From the NCBI GenBank assembly GCA_036479435.1, contig JAZGFI010000170.1, positions 32,001 to 96,000 of the forward strand: DNA of 64,000 nucleotides, read 5' to 3'. The notes below the pieces were generated by a model that was not told where the DNA came from, did not search any database, and saw only the letters and a program-made list of their open reading frames with translations. Position numbers and translations under genes: made by a program. Source of the DNA: Planctomycetota bacterium. Its GTDB lineage: Bacteria; Planctomycetota; GCA-002687715; DRQF01. Below are positions 19,145-29,351 of the stretch, one piece after another. Numbering within the stretch: the stretch's first letter is position 1; each line of letters begins with the position of its first letter.

Positions 19145-19909
19145 ATGAATGAAGACGAGAACAAGGCGATTGAGCAGTGGCGGCGGCGCCGCCGCCAACG
19201 AAAAGCGGATGAGCTCATTCGTTTTTTGGTCTCACAGGCCGAGCCGTCCAGTATCGAGCTGCTAACGACAGCTTTTGCCAAGACGGCAGCGCCGACGACC
19301 GGTGAGCTGGAATTGTCCGACTTATTGCGGCAATTCGCATCAGCAACCGATCGACGCGACGGCCTGCAGCTTGCTCTTGACGCCGCTATAGCCTCTCATC
19401 CGGCTCTGGGGGCGGCCATGAACCAGGCGCGGATAGATTTGGAAAACTCCGGCGATGAGGTCGAGTACAAGCGTACGGAAACGGAGCGTTTTTTGGGGCC
19501 AGCGGGTTGGAGACTGCGTGAGCAGCGACTTCGCGCCGCCTGGGAGCAACATCTCTCCCAACATGGTGCAGAAAAGGCGGCGGCGAGGCTGTGGGCTGCC
19601 GCCTACGAAATTGAATCTGAAGCGCCCGAAGTCGAATTCGAAAGCGCCCTCGCCAATGTCATCGCCGACGACGACATGGAAAGTGGCTACGCACTGGTCC
19701 AAGGTCTCGTCGAAGGCGCGCAAGATCCCCAAGAGATGCAGGACATCCTCGAGGGCCCCTTCGCCAAATTGTTCGACCGCTGGCCCACAAAGTGTTTGGA
19801 GCGCTGGGAAGACCAAGGCCTTGGTGCCTTCGAGTCACTCATTCAGCCGCTCAATCGCGGTGACATCCAAGAGCGATACTGGGACCGCCTCGTCCGCCTT
19901 CAGCGCTGA
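19145..19909 (+). CDS. Hypothetical alpha-helical protein
   Basis: The 254-aa ORF fills the gap between neighbours. Its C-terminus (LEGPFAKLF..W) loosely resembles DUF6869-type domains, which I could not verify. Confidence 0.6.
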   Translation: MNEDENKAIEQWRRRRRQRKADELIRFLVSQAEPSSIELLTTAFAKTAAPTTGELELSDLLRQFASATDRRDGLQLALDAAIASHPALGAAMNQARIDLENSGDEVEYKRTETERFLGPAGWRLREQRLRAAWEQHLSQHGAEKAAARLWAAAYEIESEAPEVEFESALANVIADDDMESGYALVQGLVEGAQDPQEMQDILEGPFAKLFDRWPTKCLERWEDQGLGAFESLIQPLNRGDIQERYWDRLVRLQR

Positions 19910-19915
19910 ACGCCA

Positions 19916-22036
19916 TCACTTGAGCCAGGGGCCGTAGTCGACGTCGACGGGGGGGAGGTCCTTTGCCCGCGAGTTGGCATCTTTCAGGTAGTGATCGAAC
20001 CATCGCAAAGTTCGGACACAGTAGTCGTAGCGATTGACGTTCTTGCGGTTGCCGTGGCCTTCGCCCGCATATTGAATGTAGCGCACCGGCGTGTCCGTTG
20101 CGGTTTTCACGGCGCGATAAAGCATGTGCGGCTGACTGGGGTGGACGCGAGGGTCAGCGGTTCCGCCCAAGAGTAAAAGCGGAGTCTTGCAACGTGGCGC
20201 GTAGGTTAAAGGGCTTCGATCCGCGAGGAAGGCCTCCTGCTCATGCGGCCACTTCTCTTGGTAGTGGACGAGGAAAAACTCGATCGGGATGTCGGTCGTC
20301 AGCCACTTGGTACGGATGTCGACGAAGGGCACGAAGCTGACCGCTGCGGCAAAATGTTCGCTGTGCCGAGTTGCGGCCCAGGCCGCTGTGTAGCCCCCGT
20401 AGGAGCCGCCGCCGATGCCGACCCGCTTGCGGTCAATCAGCTTTTCGTCTGCGAATAGGGCAATGGCGTCCAGGTGATCGTTGAACTCGCCGCCCATGGG
20501 GTCGCCGTGGTCAGCCTTGGCAAAAGCGACTCCGTAGCCGGTGCTGGCGCGATAGTTGGGCATCCATACCAGGTAACCCCGCGCGGCGAGAACTTGACCC
20601 CAAGTGCTGTAGTGCGTGTTCCAACCGTTTGAATAGTGGGATTCAGGGCCTCCGTGAGCGACGATAACGAGGGGGTAGAGCTTCGCGGCGTCGTAGTCGA
20701 TGGGGTAGATCAGCAGCCCTTCGATCTCGAGCCCGTCGCGGGCCTTGAACTTGCGAACGACCTGTCGTCCAAGCTCCTCATTGTCGAGGGTGGGGTTTGA
20801 ATTCGTGAGGCGCTTTGCCCTGCCGCTTCCAAAACTGAGTTCGAACACCTCGGCGGGGTGATGTGGCGTCGACGCGGCGGCGAAGACCTGTCCGGATTTT
20901 GTTTTCTCGCTGAAGCCGTGAAAGGCGCGACCCTTGCCGACAAAAAGTGGAGTCCGCTTGCCGCTTTTGGCGTCCACCCGAACGGCGATAGATTCGACGC
21001 CCTCGGAAACGCAGGCGAGTAAGTTTTTGGAATTCTCCCATTTGACCGTGTGGTACATGCCGCGGTAATCGGCCGACAAAGCTCGCGCTTCGCTAGCCCC
21101 CTCGTCCATGATGTAGAGCATCCCCGCGTGCGGGTCGCGTTTGTCAGCGGCGCTGATGTAGGCCAGCGACTTGCCGTCGGGCGACCACGCAAGGGCCCCG
21201 AGCTTGCCAGGATTGTCAACGAAATCTCGCATGCCGCCCGAAGGCAAGTCGATGATCTTCAGGCGCTTCGCCATGTAGCTGTCATCGACGAGGTTGCGGG
21301 GGGCCACGGCGCAAGCTAGTTTTTTACCATCGGGAGAAAAGGCGAGATCAAAAACGGAGACGCCTTGGGTTAACTGTCGCGACTCGCCCGTGCTGGCGTC
21401 CCAGATCCACAGGCTGAGGTGACGGTAGTCTTCGTCGAAGACCTTGGGCCTAAAGCCTGCTTTTTGGGCTTTGGCTCGTGCGGGTGGCAAGGGATCGGTT
21501 TTGCTGAAAGCCATCGCCATCCCGTCCGGTCGCCAATGGAATCGACCCACACCGTGCTTCGTCTTGGTGAGGCGTTGCGCCTCACCGCCGGACAAAGGCA
21601 ATGAGTAGACCTCGCGATGCGAGTCGCCGTTGCGTTGATCGAGAAAAGTCAAAGCATTGTGGCCGGGCCGGTAGCTGAACCCACCGACGTTGCGCTTGGC
21701 ACTAAGAATGGGAGTTAGTTCGTCTTGGGGTCCCGCGGGTACGCGGTAGGCCCGGACGTGCACTCCGCCTGGAGCCTCCGATGGTTTACGCGGTTCGACG
21801 CGGATAAAGATGGCGTGATCGTGCTCTGAGCTGCTAACGACTTGAGAAACGTAGCGAAGTTGGTCGAGCTCGAAGGCATCGAGCCCCTTAGAACTCGGCT
21901 GCGGCTGAGCTTCAGCTGAGCGGCTGGTTTGTGCCACCGCGCCCAGGCCGTTGATCGCCATGGCGACCATCACGAGTAAAAATGCGAAGTGAGTGAAGAA
22001 CTTTGCGTTGGCGAGTTTTGGATGGTGCATTGTCAT
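19916..22036 (-). CDS. S9 family peptidase (prolyl oligopeptidase/acylaminoacyl peptidase) with a beta-propeller
   Basis: Signal peptide, WSPDG propeller repeats and HGGP. The catalytic residues are in GGSYGG, DPRV and GEGHG. Confidence 0.93.
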   Translation of the reverse strand: MTMHHPKLANAKFFTHFAFLLVMVAMAINGLGAVAQTSRSAEAQPQPSSKGLDAFELDQLRYVSQVVSSSEHDHAIFIRVEPRKPSEAPGGVHVRAYRVPAGPQDELTPILSAKRNVGGFSYRPGHNALTFLDQRNGDSHREVYSLPLSGGEAQRLTKTKHGVGRFHWRPDGMAMAFSKTDPLPPARAKAQKAGFRPKVFDEDYRHLSLWIWDASTGESRQLTQGVSVFDLAFSPDGKKLACAVAPRNLVDDSYMAKRLKIIDLPSGGMRDFVDNPGKLGALAWSPDGKSLAYISAADKRDPHAGMLYIMDEGASEARALSADYRGMYHTVKWENSKNLLACVSEGVESIAVRVDAKSGKRTPLFVGKGRAFHGFSEKTKSGQVFAAASTPHHPAEVFELSFGSGRAKRLTNSNPTLDNEELGRQVVRKFKARDGLEIEGLLIYPIDYDAAKLYPLVIVAHGGPESHYSNGWNTHYSTWGQVLAARGYLVWMPNYRASTGYGVAFAKADHGDPMGGEFNDHLDAIALFADEKLIDRKRVGIGGGSYGGYTAAWAATRHSEHFAAAVSFVPFVDIRTKWLTTDIPIEFFLVHYQEKWPHEQEAFLADRSPLTYAPRCKTPLLLLGGTADPRVHPSQPHMLYRAVKTATDTPVRYIQYAGEGHGNRKNVNRYDYCVRTLRWFDHYLKDANSRAKDLPPVDVDYGPWLK

Positions 22037-22172
22037 GAATTCCGAAACGACAAGTACTTGTGATGAGGGCTGAGGATCGGCCAGATTGCTCCGCCTGTCA
22101 AACTAGGAATAGAAGTCGGGCTTCAGAACCCGAATAGATAGGCTTCGGGGCCCCCCACATTGGAGACATCTC

Positions 22173-25100
22173 TTGTCTCAAGACAGCCCGAATTCCGCCG
22201 GCCAAACCGACCCCAAAGAGATCGATACCAGCGCTGATACCGGACGAATAGCGTCGGATACCCATAACGAGGTGACCTTGGGCGTTTCGCGCGACGAAAG
22301 AACTGCGACTGCGACCTACGATCAGCCTTTTGAGATCGCTGGCTTTAAGATTCGCGAGGAACTGGGTCGGGGCGGGATGGGGATTGTCTACCTCGCCGAA
22401 GATCTGGACCTGAACCGCTTGGTTGCCCTAAAGATTCTTCCGGAGGGTTTCGCAACCTCGCCCGCGGCGCGAGCTCGTTTTCAGCGCGAAGCCGCGATCG
22501 CGTCGCGCTTTGAGCATCCCAATCTCTGCGGCGTTCAGCGTGTCGGCGAAACCGACGGCAAGCTTTGGATCGCGATGCGATACATCAAGGGTCAGCCTTT
22601 CGAAGAACTGTTGGAGTCATCTCCGACAAGATCTAGCGGCGCGCTGAGTCGACTGAGCCATGCCGACTCGAAGCTGAGCCGCCATCTACGAATCTTGGAG
22701 AAAGTCGCTCGAGGTCTCGAAGTGGCCCACGATGCGGGCGTGATTCATCGCGATCTTAAGCCCGGCAACATCATGATTGCCGAGGACGGTGAGCCCGTGC
22801 TGCTTGACTTCGGTTTGGCCCAAGATATCGACAGCCGAATGGCGGGTGCGGGGCTTACTCAATCGGGCGACCTTTTGGGGACGCCCGTCTACATGGCACC
22901 GGAACAAATCCGCGGCGAATCTCACCGCGCGGATGCTGGCGTGGACGTTTGGGCCTTAGGGGTCATGCTCTACGAGTTGGCCGCGGGCCAAAGGCCTTTT
23001 GACGGGGCGACGCGCGACGCGCTTTACCACAATATTCTAGAGCAAGAGCCGAGGTCGTTGCGAAAAGTGCGCCCCGGCGTCCCTCGCGACCTGGAAACCA
23101 TTGTTGAGACCGCATTGAGCAAGGACCGCAACGGGCGTTACGCGAGCGCCGGTGCACTGGCCGATGACCTTGAGGCGCTTCGCGAGATCCGTCCGATTCG
23201 GGCGCGTCCGGCCAGTCTTGTCGAAAAGACGATCAAGTGGTCGCGGCGGCGGCCGGCGGCCGCGGCTCTCTTACTGCTCGCCTGCCTTACCCTGCCCACG
23301 GTGAGCTGGCTCTACTGGAGCGGCAAAAACAAAGACGCAAGTCTCTACCGCGTCGCCGACGGTCACCTCGAAGACGCCGAGAGTGCCTTGTACTCCCGTC
23401 GGCCCCTGCTGGCGGCTCGGGCGCTCGCCGAGTTCGACCGTCTAAGGCTCGACGCCAACGGCCATGAATCACGCGTCGCGAGCCTACGAGAGAGGCTTGA
23501 GACCGCTCGGCTTCGCCAGCAAGTCGAAGTCCTCGTTTTTGACGAGGACGGTGACCCCAAGGGTCAGGCCGCTCTGGCGCGACTTGACGAACTGAGCCGT
23601 CGTCCCGGCGCGAAGCTCGCCGCGACCAAACTCCGTGCCTTGGTATTGGTCCGCACGGGTCGCGAAGAAGAGGCGAAGCAACTCTTGCGAGCTCGATCCC
23701 CGGAACAGGATCCCGAACTGGTGGAACTGCGCCAAGGGCTGTTCGAAGATCAGACGATCGTTGTGAAGGAGGAGCTGTCTGCTGCGAGTCTCGATGAAGC
23801 TTTGGCCGCCAGCGTTCGCGGTCGACATCTTGATGCTCTCGTCATTCTCGAAAGCCTGATGGAACAACAGCCCGAGGCACATTGGCTCGCTTGGTTCGCG
23901 GCCGAACAATCCACGCGCTTGCAGGACTATCACGCAGCTCTCGCTCATGCAGGACGGGCTCGGGCCCTCTTGGGAGAAATGTCGCCGCTGCAGAAGGGGC
24001 GCTACTCGGTTCATCTGCGCCGCGCGGGTCATGTTCAAGAAGCGCTACGTCAGGCCATGACAGCTATGGTGGCCGCGCCCAACCAACTCCTGTTGCGTCT
24101 ACATCTAGCGGGGGCATCTTCCGATGCCGGCAACTTGGACGGCGCGATTCGCATTTATCGGGACGCATTGAAACGCAACCCCGAGTTCGCCGCAGCCTGG
24201 CGTGGACTGGGTACCGTCTACCACGATCGCGGACGATTTGCCGAGGCGGAAGAAGCGGTCCGCAAGAGCCTTGAGATCGAACCCGAAGACCCGGCGGCGC
24301 TCAACAACTTGGCCTCCTGCCTCATCGAACAAGAAAAAAACGTTGAGGCGGTCACGGTCTTGGAGAAGTCCCTCCAGCTGCGACCCGACTTCCCCTTTGC
24401 CCTAAACTCGCTTTCCGTGGCACGGCTTCGCAGTGGAGACCTCGACGGTGCGATGGAGGTTATTGATCGCACTCTAGAACTGACACCTCTTTATGCGCAG
24501 GGTCACCATAATCGTGGCAACATCCTCTTCTCCAAGGGCGATTTGGATTCGGCCTTTGCCAGCTATCGCCGAGCTTTTGAGTTGTCGCCAGAGTTCATCG
24601 AGCCACGCCTTAAGATGGCGACGGTTCTACTGCGACAAAAACGGCCCGAAGCGGCTGAGAAGATCTACCGCGAAGTCATCGAGCGTGGCGAGTGGAACGA
24701 AGCCCTCACGAATCTGTCGAACATCCTTCTCGGCCGCGGCGAAATGAAAGAAGCGCTGGGCTACGCCGAGCGCGCGGTCAAAGCGGTTCCCGGAGATGTC
24801 AACTGTCTACGGAATCTTGCCAGCGCACAAATGAGCAATGGACTGATGGCTGCCGCCGTGGAAACTTTGGCCCAAGCGCTCAGCCATGAGCCGGCGAACG
24901 AAGCTCTCATAGTGGGAATCGCAGTCTTGTCGGCCCAGACGGATGCTCTGGTTGCGTACGCCCTCGCGCGGCGGCTCGAAGTCCTGAACTCTCCTTTGCT
25001 GGCCCATGCAAAAGCGCTCTTAGGTCCTCTTAGTGTGGTCATCAAAGAAACGATGCCGCAGCGGGCGCTTAGTTGTGCCCTGCAAGGAAAAGCTCACTTC

Positions 25101-25337
25101 GGGGCGGGGCGCAAAGCCGAGGCGCAGGAGGCGCTAGAAAAAGCGATCGCGCTCTGCTCTAAGACCGAGGCTCCAACTGATCACCGCCAACGCTACGTCG
25201 TGTGGATTGGCGAGCACGAGATCTCGGAGTTGGCGCAACTATTGGGAGCCGAAGAACGAAAAAAGGAATGTGCCGCGGCGCTCCTGCGGTGCCAGGCACC
25301 GCGCCGTCACTCTGTGGTGCCTGGCACGGAAAAGTGA
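22173..25337 (+). CDS. Ser/Thr protein kinase with a TM segment and multiple TPR repeats
   Basis: Kinase motifs GRGGMG, VALK, HRDLKPGN, DFGLA, GTPVYMAPEQ and DVWALG. WSRRRP precedes the TM segment. TPRs include AWRGLG, ALNNLA and HHNRG. Confidence 0.93.
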   Translation: MSQDSPNSAGQTDPKEIDTSADTGRIASDTHNEVTLGVSRDERTATATYDQPFEIAGFKIREELGRGGMGIVYLAEDLDLNRLVALKILPEGFATSPAARARFQREAAIASRFEHPNLCGVQRVGETDGKLWIAMRYIKGQPFEELLESSPTRSSGALSRLSHADSKLSRHLRILEKVARGLEVAHDAGVIHRDLKPGNIMIAEDGEPVLLDFGLAQDIDSRMAGAGLTQSGDLLGTPVYMAPEQIRGESHRADAGVDVWALGVMLYELAAGQRPFDGATRDALYHNILEQEPRSLRKVRPGVPRDLETIVETALSKDRNGRYASAGALADDLEALREIRPIRARPASLVEKTIKWSRRRPAAAALLLLACLTLPTVSWLYWSGKNKDASLYRVADGHLEDAESALYSRRPLLAARALAEFDRLRLDANGHESRVASLRERLETARLRQQVEVLVFDEDGDPKGQAALARLDELSRRPGAKLAATKLRALVLVRTGREEEAKQLLRARSPEQDPELVELRQGLFEDQTIVVKEELSAASLDEALAASVRGRHLDALVILESLMEQQPEAHWLAWFAAEQSTRLQDYHAALAHAGRARALLGEMSPLQKGRYSVHLRRAGHVQEALRQAMTAMVAAPNQLLLRLHLAGASSDAGNLDGAIRIYRDALKRNPEFAAAWRGLGTVYHDRGRFAEAEEAVRKSLEIEPEDPAALNNLASCLIEQEKNVEAVTVLEKSLQLRPDFPFALNSLSVARLRSGDLDGAMEVIDRTLELTPLYAQGHHNRGNILFSKGDLDSAFASYRRAFELSPEFIEPRLKMATVLLRQKRPEAAEKIYREVIERGEWNEALTNLSNILLGRGEMKEALGYAERAVKAVPGDVNCLRNLASAQMSNGLMAAAVETLAQALSHEPANEALIVGIAVLSAQTDALVAYALARRLEVLNSPLLAHAKALLGPLSVVIKETMPQRALSCALQGKAHFGAGRKAEAQEALEKAIALCSKTEAPTDHRQRYVVWIGEHEISELAQLLGAEERKKECAAALLRCQAPRRHSVVPGTEK

Positions 25338-25356
25338 CGGCGTGGTGCCTGGCACC
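25288..25356. repeat. Nested palindromic REP-like element, copy 1
   Basis: ggtgccaggcacc-gcgccgtcact-...gtgcctggcac...-agtgacggcgt-ggtgcctggcacc, homologous to 49354-49428. Confidence 0.85.
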
Positions 25357-25365
25357 CGGTGTGCG

Positions 25366-26181
25366 CTATAAGTCGAGGACCATCTCTTGACGTGCGGCTA
25401 GCGTGTTCGGCCAGACTTGCTGGGCTTCTTTTTCGATGGCACGACAGGCGTCGTCAGCGTGCGAGGGATCGTGGCTGAACAAGATGAGTTGTTTCGCCTT
25501 GGCTTTTTCGATGACCGCCACTCCCTCGCGAAAAGTGCTGTGTCCCCAACCCTGTTTGCCGCGCTGGTATTCGTCCGGGGTGTACTGCGCGTCATAAATG
25601 AGCGCGTCCGTTCCCTTGGCGAATTCAACGAGTCGCTCGTTGATTCCGGTGGAGGGATGTTCGGTGTCGGTGGCGAGAACGAAAGACTTGCCATCTTCGT
25701 CGACACGAAAAGCCGTTGACTCCTGCGGGTGGGGAAGTGGGATCCAACTGACTGCCGCATCTCCAAGCATTACTTTTTGATCCGGCTGAAGTCGATGGAA
25801 CGTCCGGGGCGCCAACATGGCGTCGAGGCCGACGGGGAAAAAGGGCGGTGACATTTGCCGCGACAAAAACTCCTCGGCGTCCTTTGAGCAATAAATGTGG
25901 AGGCGGAATTCAGGAGAATACGCGGCACCAAAAAATGGAAAACCCTGAATGTGATCCCAGTGTGCGTGGGTCAAAAAGAGGTGGATGTTGGGGCTAGGTT
26001 TTGCCCCTCGCGAGAAAAGATCGTTCGAGAATTCACGGATGCCGGTGCCCGCATCGATGAGTAAGACATCGGGGCTACTTTCCAGCCTCACTTCAAGACA
26101 GGGCGTATTGCCGCCGAACTCCGCGAAACGGGCGCCGGATACCGGAACACTTCCCCGAGTTCCCCAAAACTTTACTTGCAT
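25366..26181 (-). CDS. MBL-fold metallo-hydrolase (PhnP/RNase Z-like)
   Basis: Motifs VKFWGTRGS, GGNTPC, IDAGTG, THAHWDH, DAQY, GWGHS and SHDP. Confidence 0.92.
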   Translation of the reverse strand: MQVKFWGTRGSVPVSGARFAEFGGNTPCLEVRLESSPDVLLIDAGTGIREFSNDLFSRGAKPSPNIHLFLTHAHWDHIQGFPFFGAAYSPEFRLHIYCSKDAEEFLSRQMSPPFFPVGLDAMLAPRTFHRLQPDQKVMLGDAAVSWIPLPHPQESTAFRVDEDGKSFVLATDTEHPSTGINERLVEFAKGTDALIYDAQYTPDEYQRGKQGWGHSTFREGVAVIEKAKAKQLILFSHDPSHADDACRAIEKEAQQVWPNTLAARQEMVLDL

Positions 26182-26521
26182 GCGCCTCTCTCGAATCATC
26201 CCGCACTGTGTTCTGTGCCTAAGGTAATCCATGGGGTGCGGAGTCCGCAAGGTGCAGGCTCGGTGGGAGTTGCGATTCTCTTTCCCTGAGGTTTCGCACT
26301 TTTTGCGGAATTTTCCCGCAATATTCGAATCTATGCCTCAAAAAACTGAATGTTGCGGCGGTCCGATGCGCCGTGGATGACGTCTGACTAGAAGATGTAG
26401 CTATAAAACAGCAATAGGACTAGAATTCGGGGTCTGAGTGTGAGGGCCCCTTGGGACGACTTGATTTCTGCGGAAGGTGTCGTGACGCCATCTGGGAACC
26501 AATAGGAGCAGATAGAGAGCG

Positions 26522-29167
26522 ATGCCGAAATCCCCCCTAATCGTGACGGTGCTGGCGCTGTGCTTGCTTGGTGTTTTGGGCTCGCTGTGGTGGCTGAACC
26601 AAGCCGACGAAGAAGAGATCAAACCCGGCAAGCCGGGCGCGGCCCCGTCCAATATCGAGGGCGAAGAGACCAAATCCGAGCGGCGTGAGGCCACCCGGGA
26701 GTCTTCCAAGGTGATTGAGGGCCGCCGCGAGACCCTTCGCGATGAAGAAAAAATCGCGGCCGCAGCGATTGCCTGGATAGCCGGGCAGGCTCTCGATGAG
26801 GCAAATCGTCAGCCGGTCGTGGGCGCGCTAGTGAAGATGACCGCACCCGGCGCCGCCGTCGAGACTCGAACGGACGAGCAGGGGCGCTTCCGTGTCGCGG
26901 CCACCGCCGCGAATCTCGCTTGGCGCTTGCGCCTGCGATCAGAGGGAATGACGAGTGCGATTATCGATGTTGATGAGTTGATACGCGACGAAGAACGCGA
27001 TCTTGGCGTCGTCCTCATGCTGGCCGCCGGTCGAGTCCGCGGCGTGGTGACGGCGGCAGGGGGCGTCCCGGTCAAGGACGGAGAGGTCGCGCTTTTTCGG
27101 GAGACCACCACCTCGCCAACGGGCGGTTTGGATCTCCAGAAGATCTTCAAGGCGATCTTTCAGGACGACGATCCGATCGAGTGGGTCGCGACGCGCGATG
27201 ACGGAAGTTTCGTTTTTGAGGATGTTCCCGCCGGTCGCTACGTCATCCGCGCATCGGGTCCTGCTCTGGAGTCGCGATTCGCGAGGCCCTTTAACGTCGA
27301 TAGTCAGGCCGCAGCACCTCGTGTCAATATTCAGTTGCCCTCAGGAGGGATACTGCGCGGCAAGATTGTGGACGAAAATGAGCGTCCGATCGCAGGGGCA
27401 ACGGTGGCAGCCTTGCCCAACACCGATAACAACATCCCCGAAGTCTTCATGACCCAAAAGGCCTGGAGTACTGGCGATGGTAGTTTTGAATTCACGACTC
27501 TCGGGCGAGAGAAGCACTTCATCATGGTTCGCGCTGAAGGTTATACCGGGGGTACGGTGAAAGACGTCGTCCCTGGGCAATCGAAAGATCTGGTCATCAA
27601 GTTGACGGTGGGGGGGCGCTTGCACGGCCGCGCCTTCGACAAGGCCACAGGCACCAGTCTCAAGGGAATTCAAGTCATGGTGATGACCAACAAAAACTCT
27701 TTTCTTGTTGAAACCGTGACGGACGAAGATGGCAATTACGAGCTCAATGGCATCAATCGGGACGACTCCATGATGGTCATGGTGCGAGACGCCAAATACT
27801 CGCTTGACCTGGGCAAGGGAATGAGCCGAGCCGTCATCATGGGTGGTCTGCAGGTGGATGCGGAACAGTTCAAAAAGACCGGCGGCAAATTCGACCTTGC
27901 GCTCATCCGTGGCGCGACGGTCAAAGGACGTGTCTTTGACCGGTTGACCAATCAAGGCGTCTCCGGCGCCTGGGTTCGTGTAGGCGCCACCGGCTCGTTG
28001 ATCTTCAACATGAATGCCGGCTCGAAGCGGCGTGTCTACGCAAAGACCGATGAGAATGGTCACTACGAACTTAGCGATGTGCCGGCGGGTGAAAAGATGG
28101 TCGCTTTGGCTTGGCACCCCAACTATCACAACTACGCTGATCCGAAGGCTAAAGGCCGAGGCATGATGGGTATCATGGGAAGTCTTGGACCCGACACTTT
28201 TGAGTTGTCCTCCGGCGTGACATCAGAAAATCACGACATCGGCTTGGTCAAGGGCGTGAGCTTGCAGGGCAAGGTTGTGGACGTCGAAGGAAACGCCGTT
28301 AAGGGAGCGCGAATTTTTGGCCTTTCTTCGGAAGGGCAACCCGACCTCGTCACCATGCTATTCGATTCAAAACGTCCATTTGATCTCAGCGACAAGTCTG
28401 GATTTTTCAAACTCAGGGGTCTAAAGGGCGACGAAGGGATGACGGTGCAGGTGACCCATCCTGACTATCCGACCGGTGGCAAGGCCGTCATCGAAAACGT
28501 CGCAACTCTCGGCGGCGAAATCAAAGTCGTGATTGAGGCGGGCACGTCTCTCTCCGGAGTCTTGAGCGATCACACCGGTCAGGAACTTGTTGAGCAGACT
28601 ATTATGGTCAGCGTCGAAACTGGCGTCCCACGCACACTCGGTTCACCGATGATCATGTTCATGGGAGCGGACACAAAGAGCGTCACGCAAACGGCGATCA
28701 CCGATAGATCCGGGCATTTCGAATTCACCGACTTACCGGCGGGCGAGGCAACGCTCAGTTGTCCAAAGGATAGCGGCAAGACTCTTGCCGGCGAGGGAAC
28801 GAAAGTGACCCTAGAAGCGGGCGGATCGAAGACGGTTGCTTTGCAGCTGGTCAAGACGCTCGAGATATCGGGTCGCGTGGTGGATGCCGACGGTAAGCCA
28901 GTGGAAGGCACCTGGGTTCAAGTTAAAAAGAAGGAGGAGGGGCAAGCGGACTTGCCTGAGTCACTGAAATACGGGCTCTCGTCCGGGGAGGACGGTGAAT
29001 TCGTTCTGAAGGGTTTGCCCCCGGGATATCGAGTTGAAATTAGCGGCAATAGCATGAGCGCCTCGTCTGGCGAGGAAGGGCAAAGTACAACGCCGGTCAT
29101 GCAAACCGGCAGTGTTAGCGCCACGGCCGGCGATACCGGAGTCCGGCTGATTCTTAGTGAAGAATAG
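26522..29167 (+). CDS. Membrane-anchored protein with tandem carboxypeptidase regulatory-like (CnaB-type) domains
   Basis: N-terminal TM anchor and repeated G.V.D..G.PV.GA.V / TD.DG.F units. Confidence 0.85.
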   Translation: MPKSPLIVTVLALCLLGVLGSLWWLNQADEEEIKPGKPGAAPSNIEGEETKSERREATRESSKVIEGRRETLRDEEKIAAAAIAWIAGQALDEANRQPVVGALVKMTAPGAAVETRTDEQGRFRVAATAANLAWRLRLRSEGMTSAIIDVDELIRDEERDLGVVLMLAAGRVRGVVTAAGGVPVKDGEVALFRETTTSPTGGLDLQKIFKAIFQDDDPIEWVATRDDGSFVFEDVPAGRYVIRASGPALESRFARPFNVDSQAAAPRVNIQLPSGGILRGKIVDENERPIAGATVAALPNTDNNIPEVFMTQKAWSTGDGSFEFTTLGREKHFIMVRAEGYTGGTVKDVVPGQSKDLVIKLTVGGRLHGRAFDKATGTSLKGIQVMVMTNKNSFLVETVTDEDGNYELNGINRDDSMMVMVRDAKYSLDLGKGMSRAVIMGGLQVDAEQFKKTGGKFDLALIRGATVKGRVFDRLTNQGVSGAWVRVGATGSLIFNMNAGSKRRVYAKTDENGHYELSDVPAGEKMVALAWHPNYHNYADPKAKGRGMMGIMGSLGPDTFELSSGVTSENHDIGLVKGVSLQGKVVDVEGNAVKGARIFGLSSEGQPDLVTMLFDSKRPFDLSDKSGFFKLRGLKGDEGMTVQVTHPDYPTGGKAVIENVATLGGEIKVVIEAGTSLSGVLSDHTGQELVEQTIMVSVETGVPRTLGSPMIMFMGADTKSVTQTAITDRSGHFEFTDLPAGEATLSCPKDSGKTLAGEGTKVTLEAGGSKTVALQLVKTLEISGRVVDADGKPVEGTWVQVKKKEEGQADLPESLKYGLSSGEDGEFVLKGLPPGYRVEISGNSMSASSGEEGQSTTPVMQTGSVSATAGDTGVRLILSEE

Positions 29168-29277
29168 CGCTACTGAATAAAGGCCTTTTGAGGCGCGAGG
29201 AGCGACTTGAATCCCCAGGTGCAGCAGGCCTCGCCCCCGGGGAGGGCGGTCGAGATGCCGCAACCCCGGTTCTTGGC

Positions 29278-29327
29278 AAAAATAAAGGCGCCCCTCGGGT
29301 TTTCGCCTTGCGAGCCCGAGGAGCGCC
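29278..29327 (-). terminator. Intrinsic terminator for the glutamate synthase family gene
   Basis: On the minus strand the hairpin ggcgctcctcggg...cccgaggggcgcc is followed by tttattttt. Confidence 0.7.
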
Positions 29328-29351
29328 AAAATTAATGACAAAAGGTCGAAG

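Noticed and set aside
29170..29277. GC-rich intergenic stretch with a T-loop-like ggattcaagtc on the minus strand (possible tRNA or 6S RNA)
   Set aside because: I could not build a cloverleaf or 6S-like structure. Only the adjacent terminator is supported.
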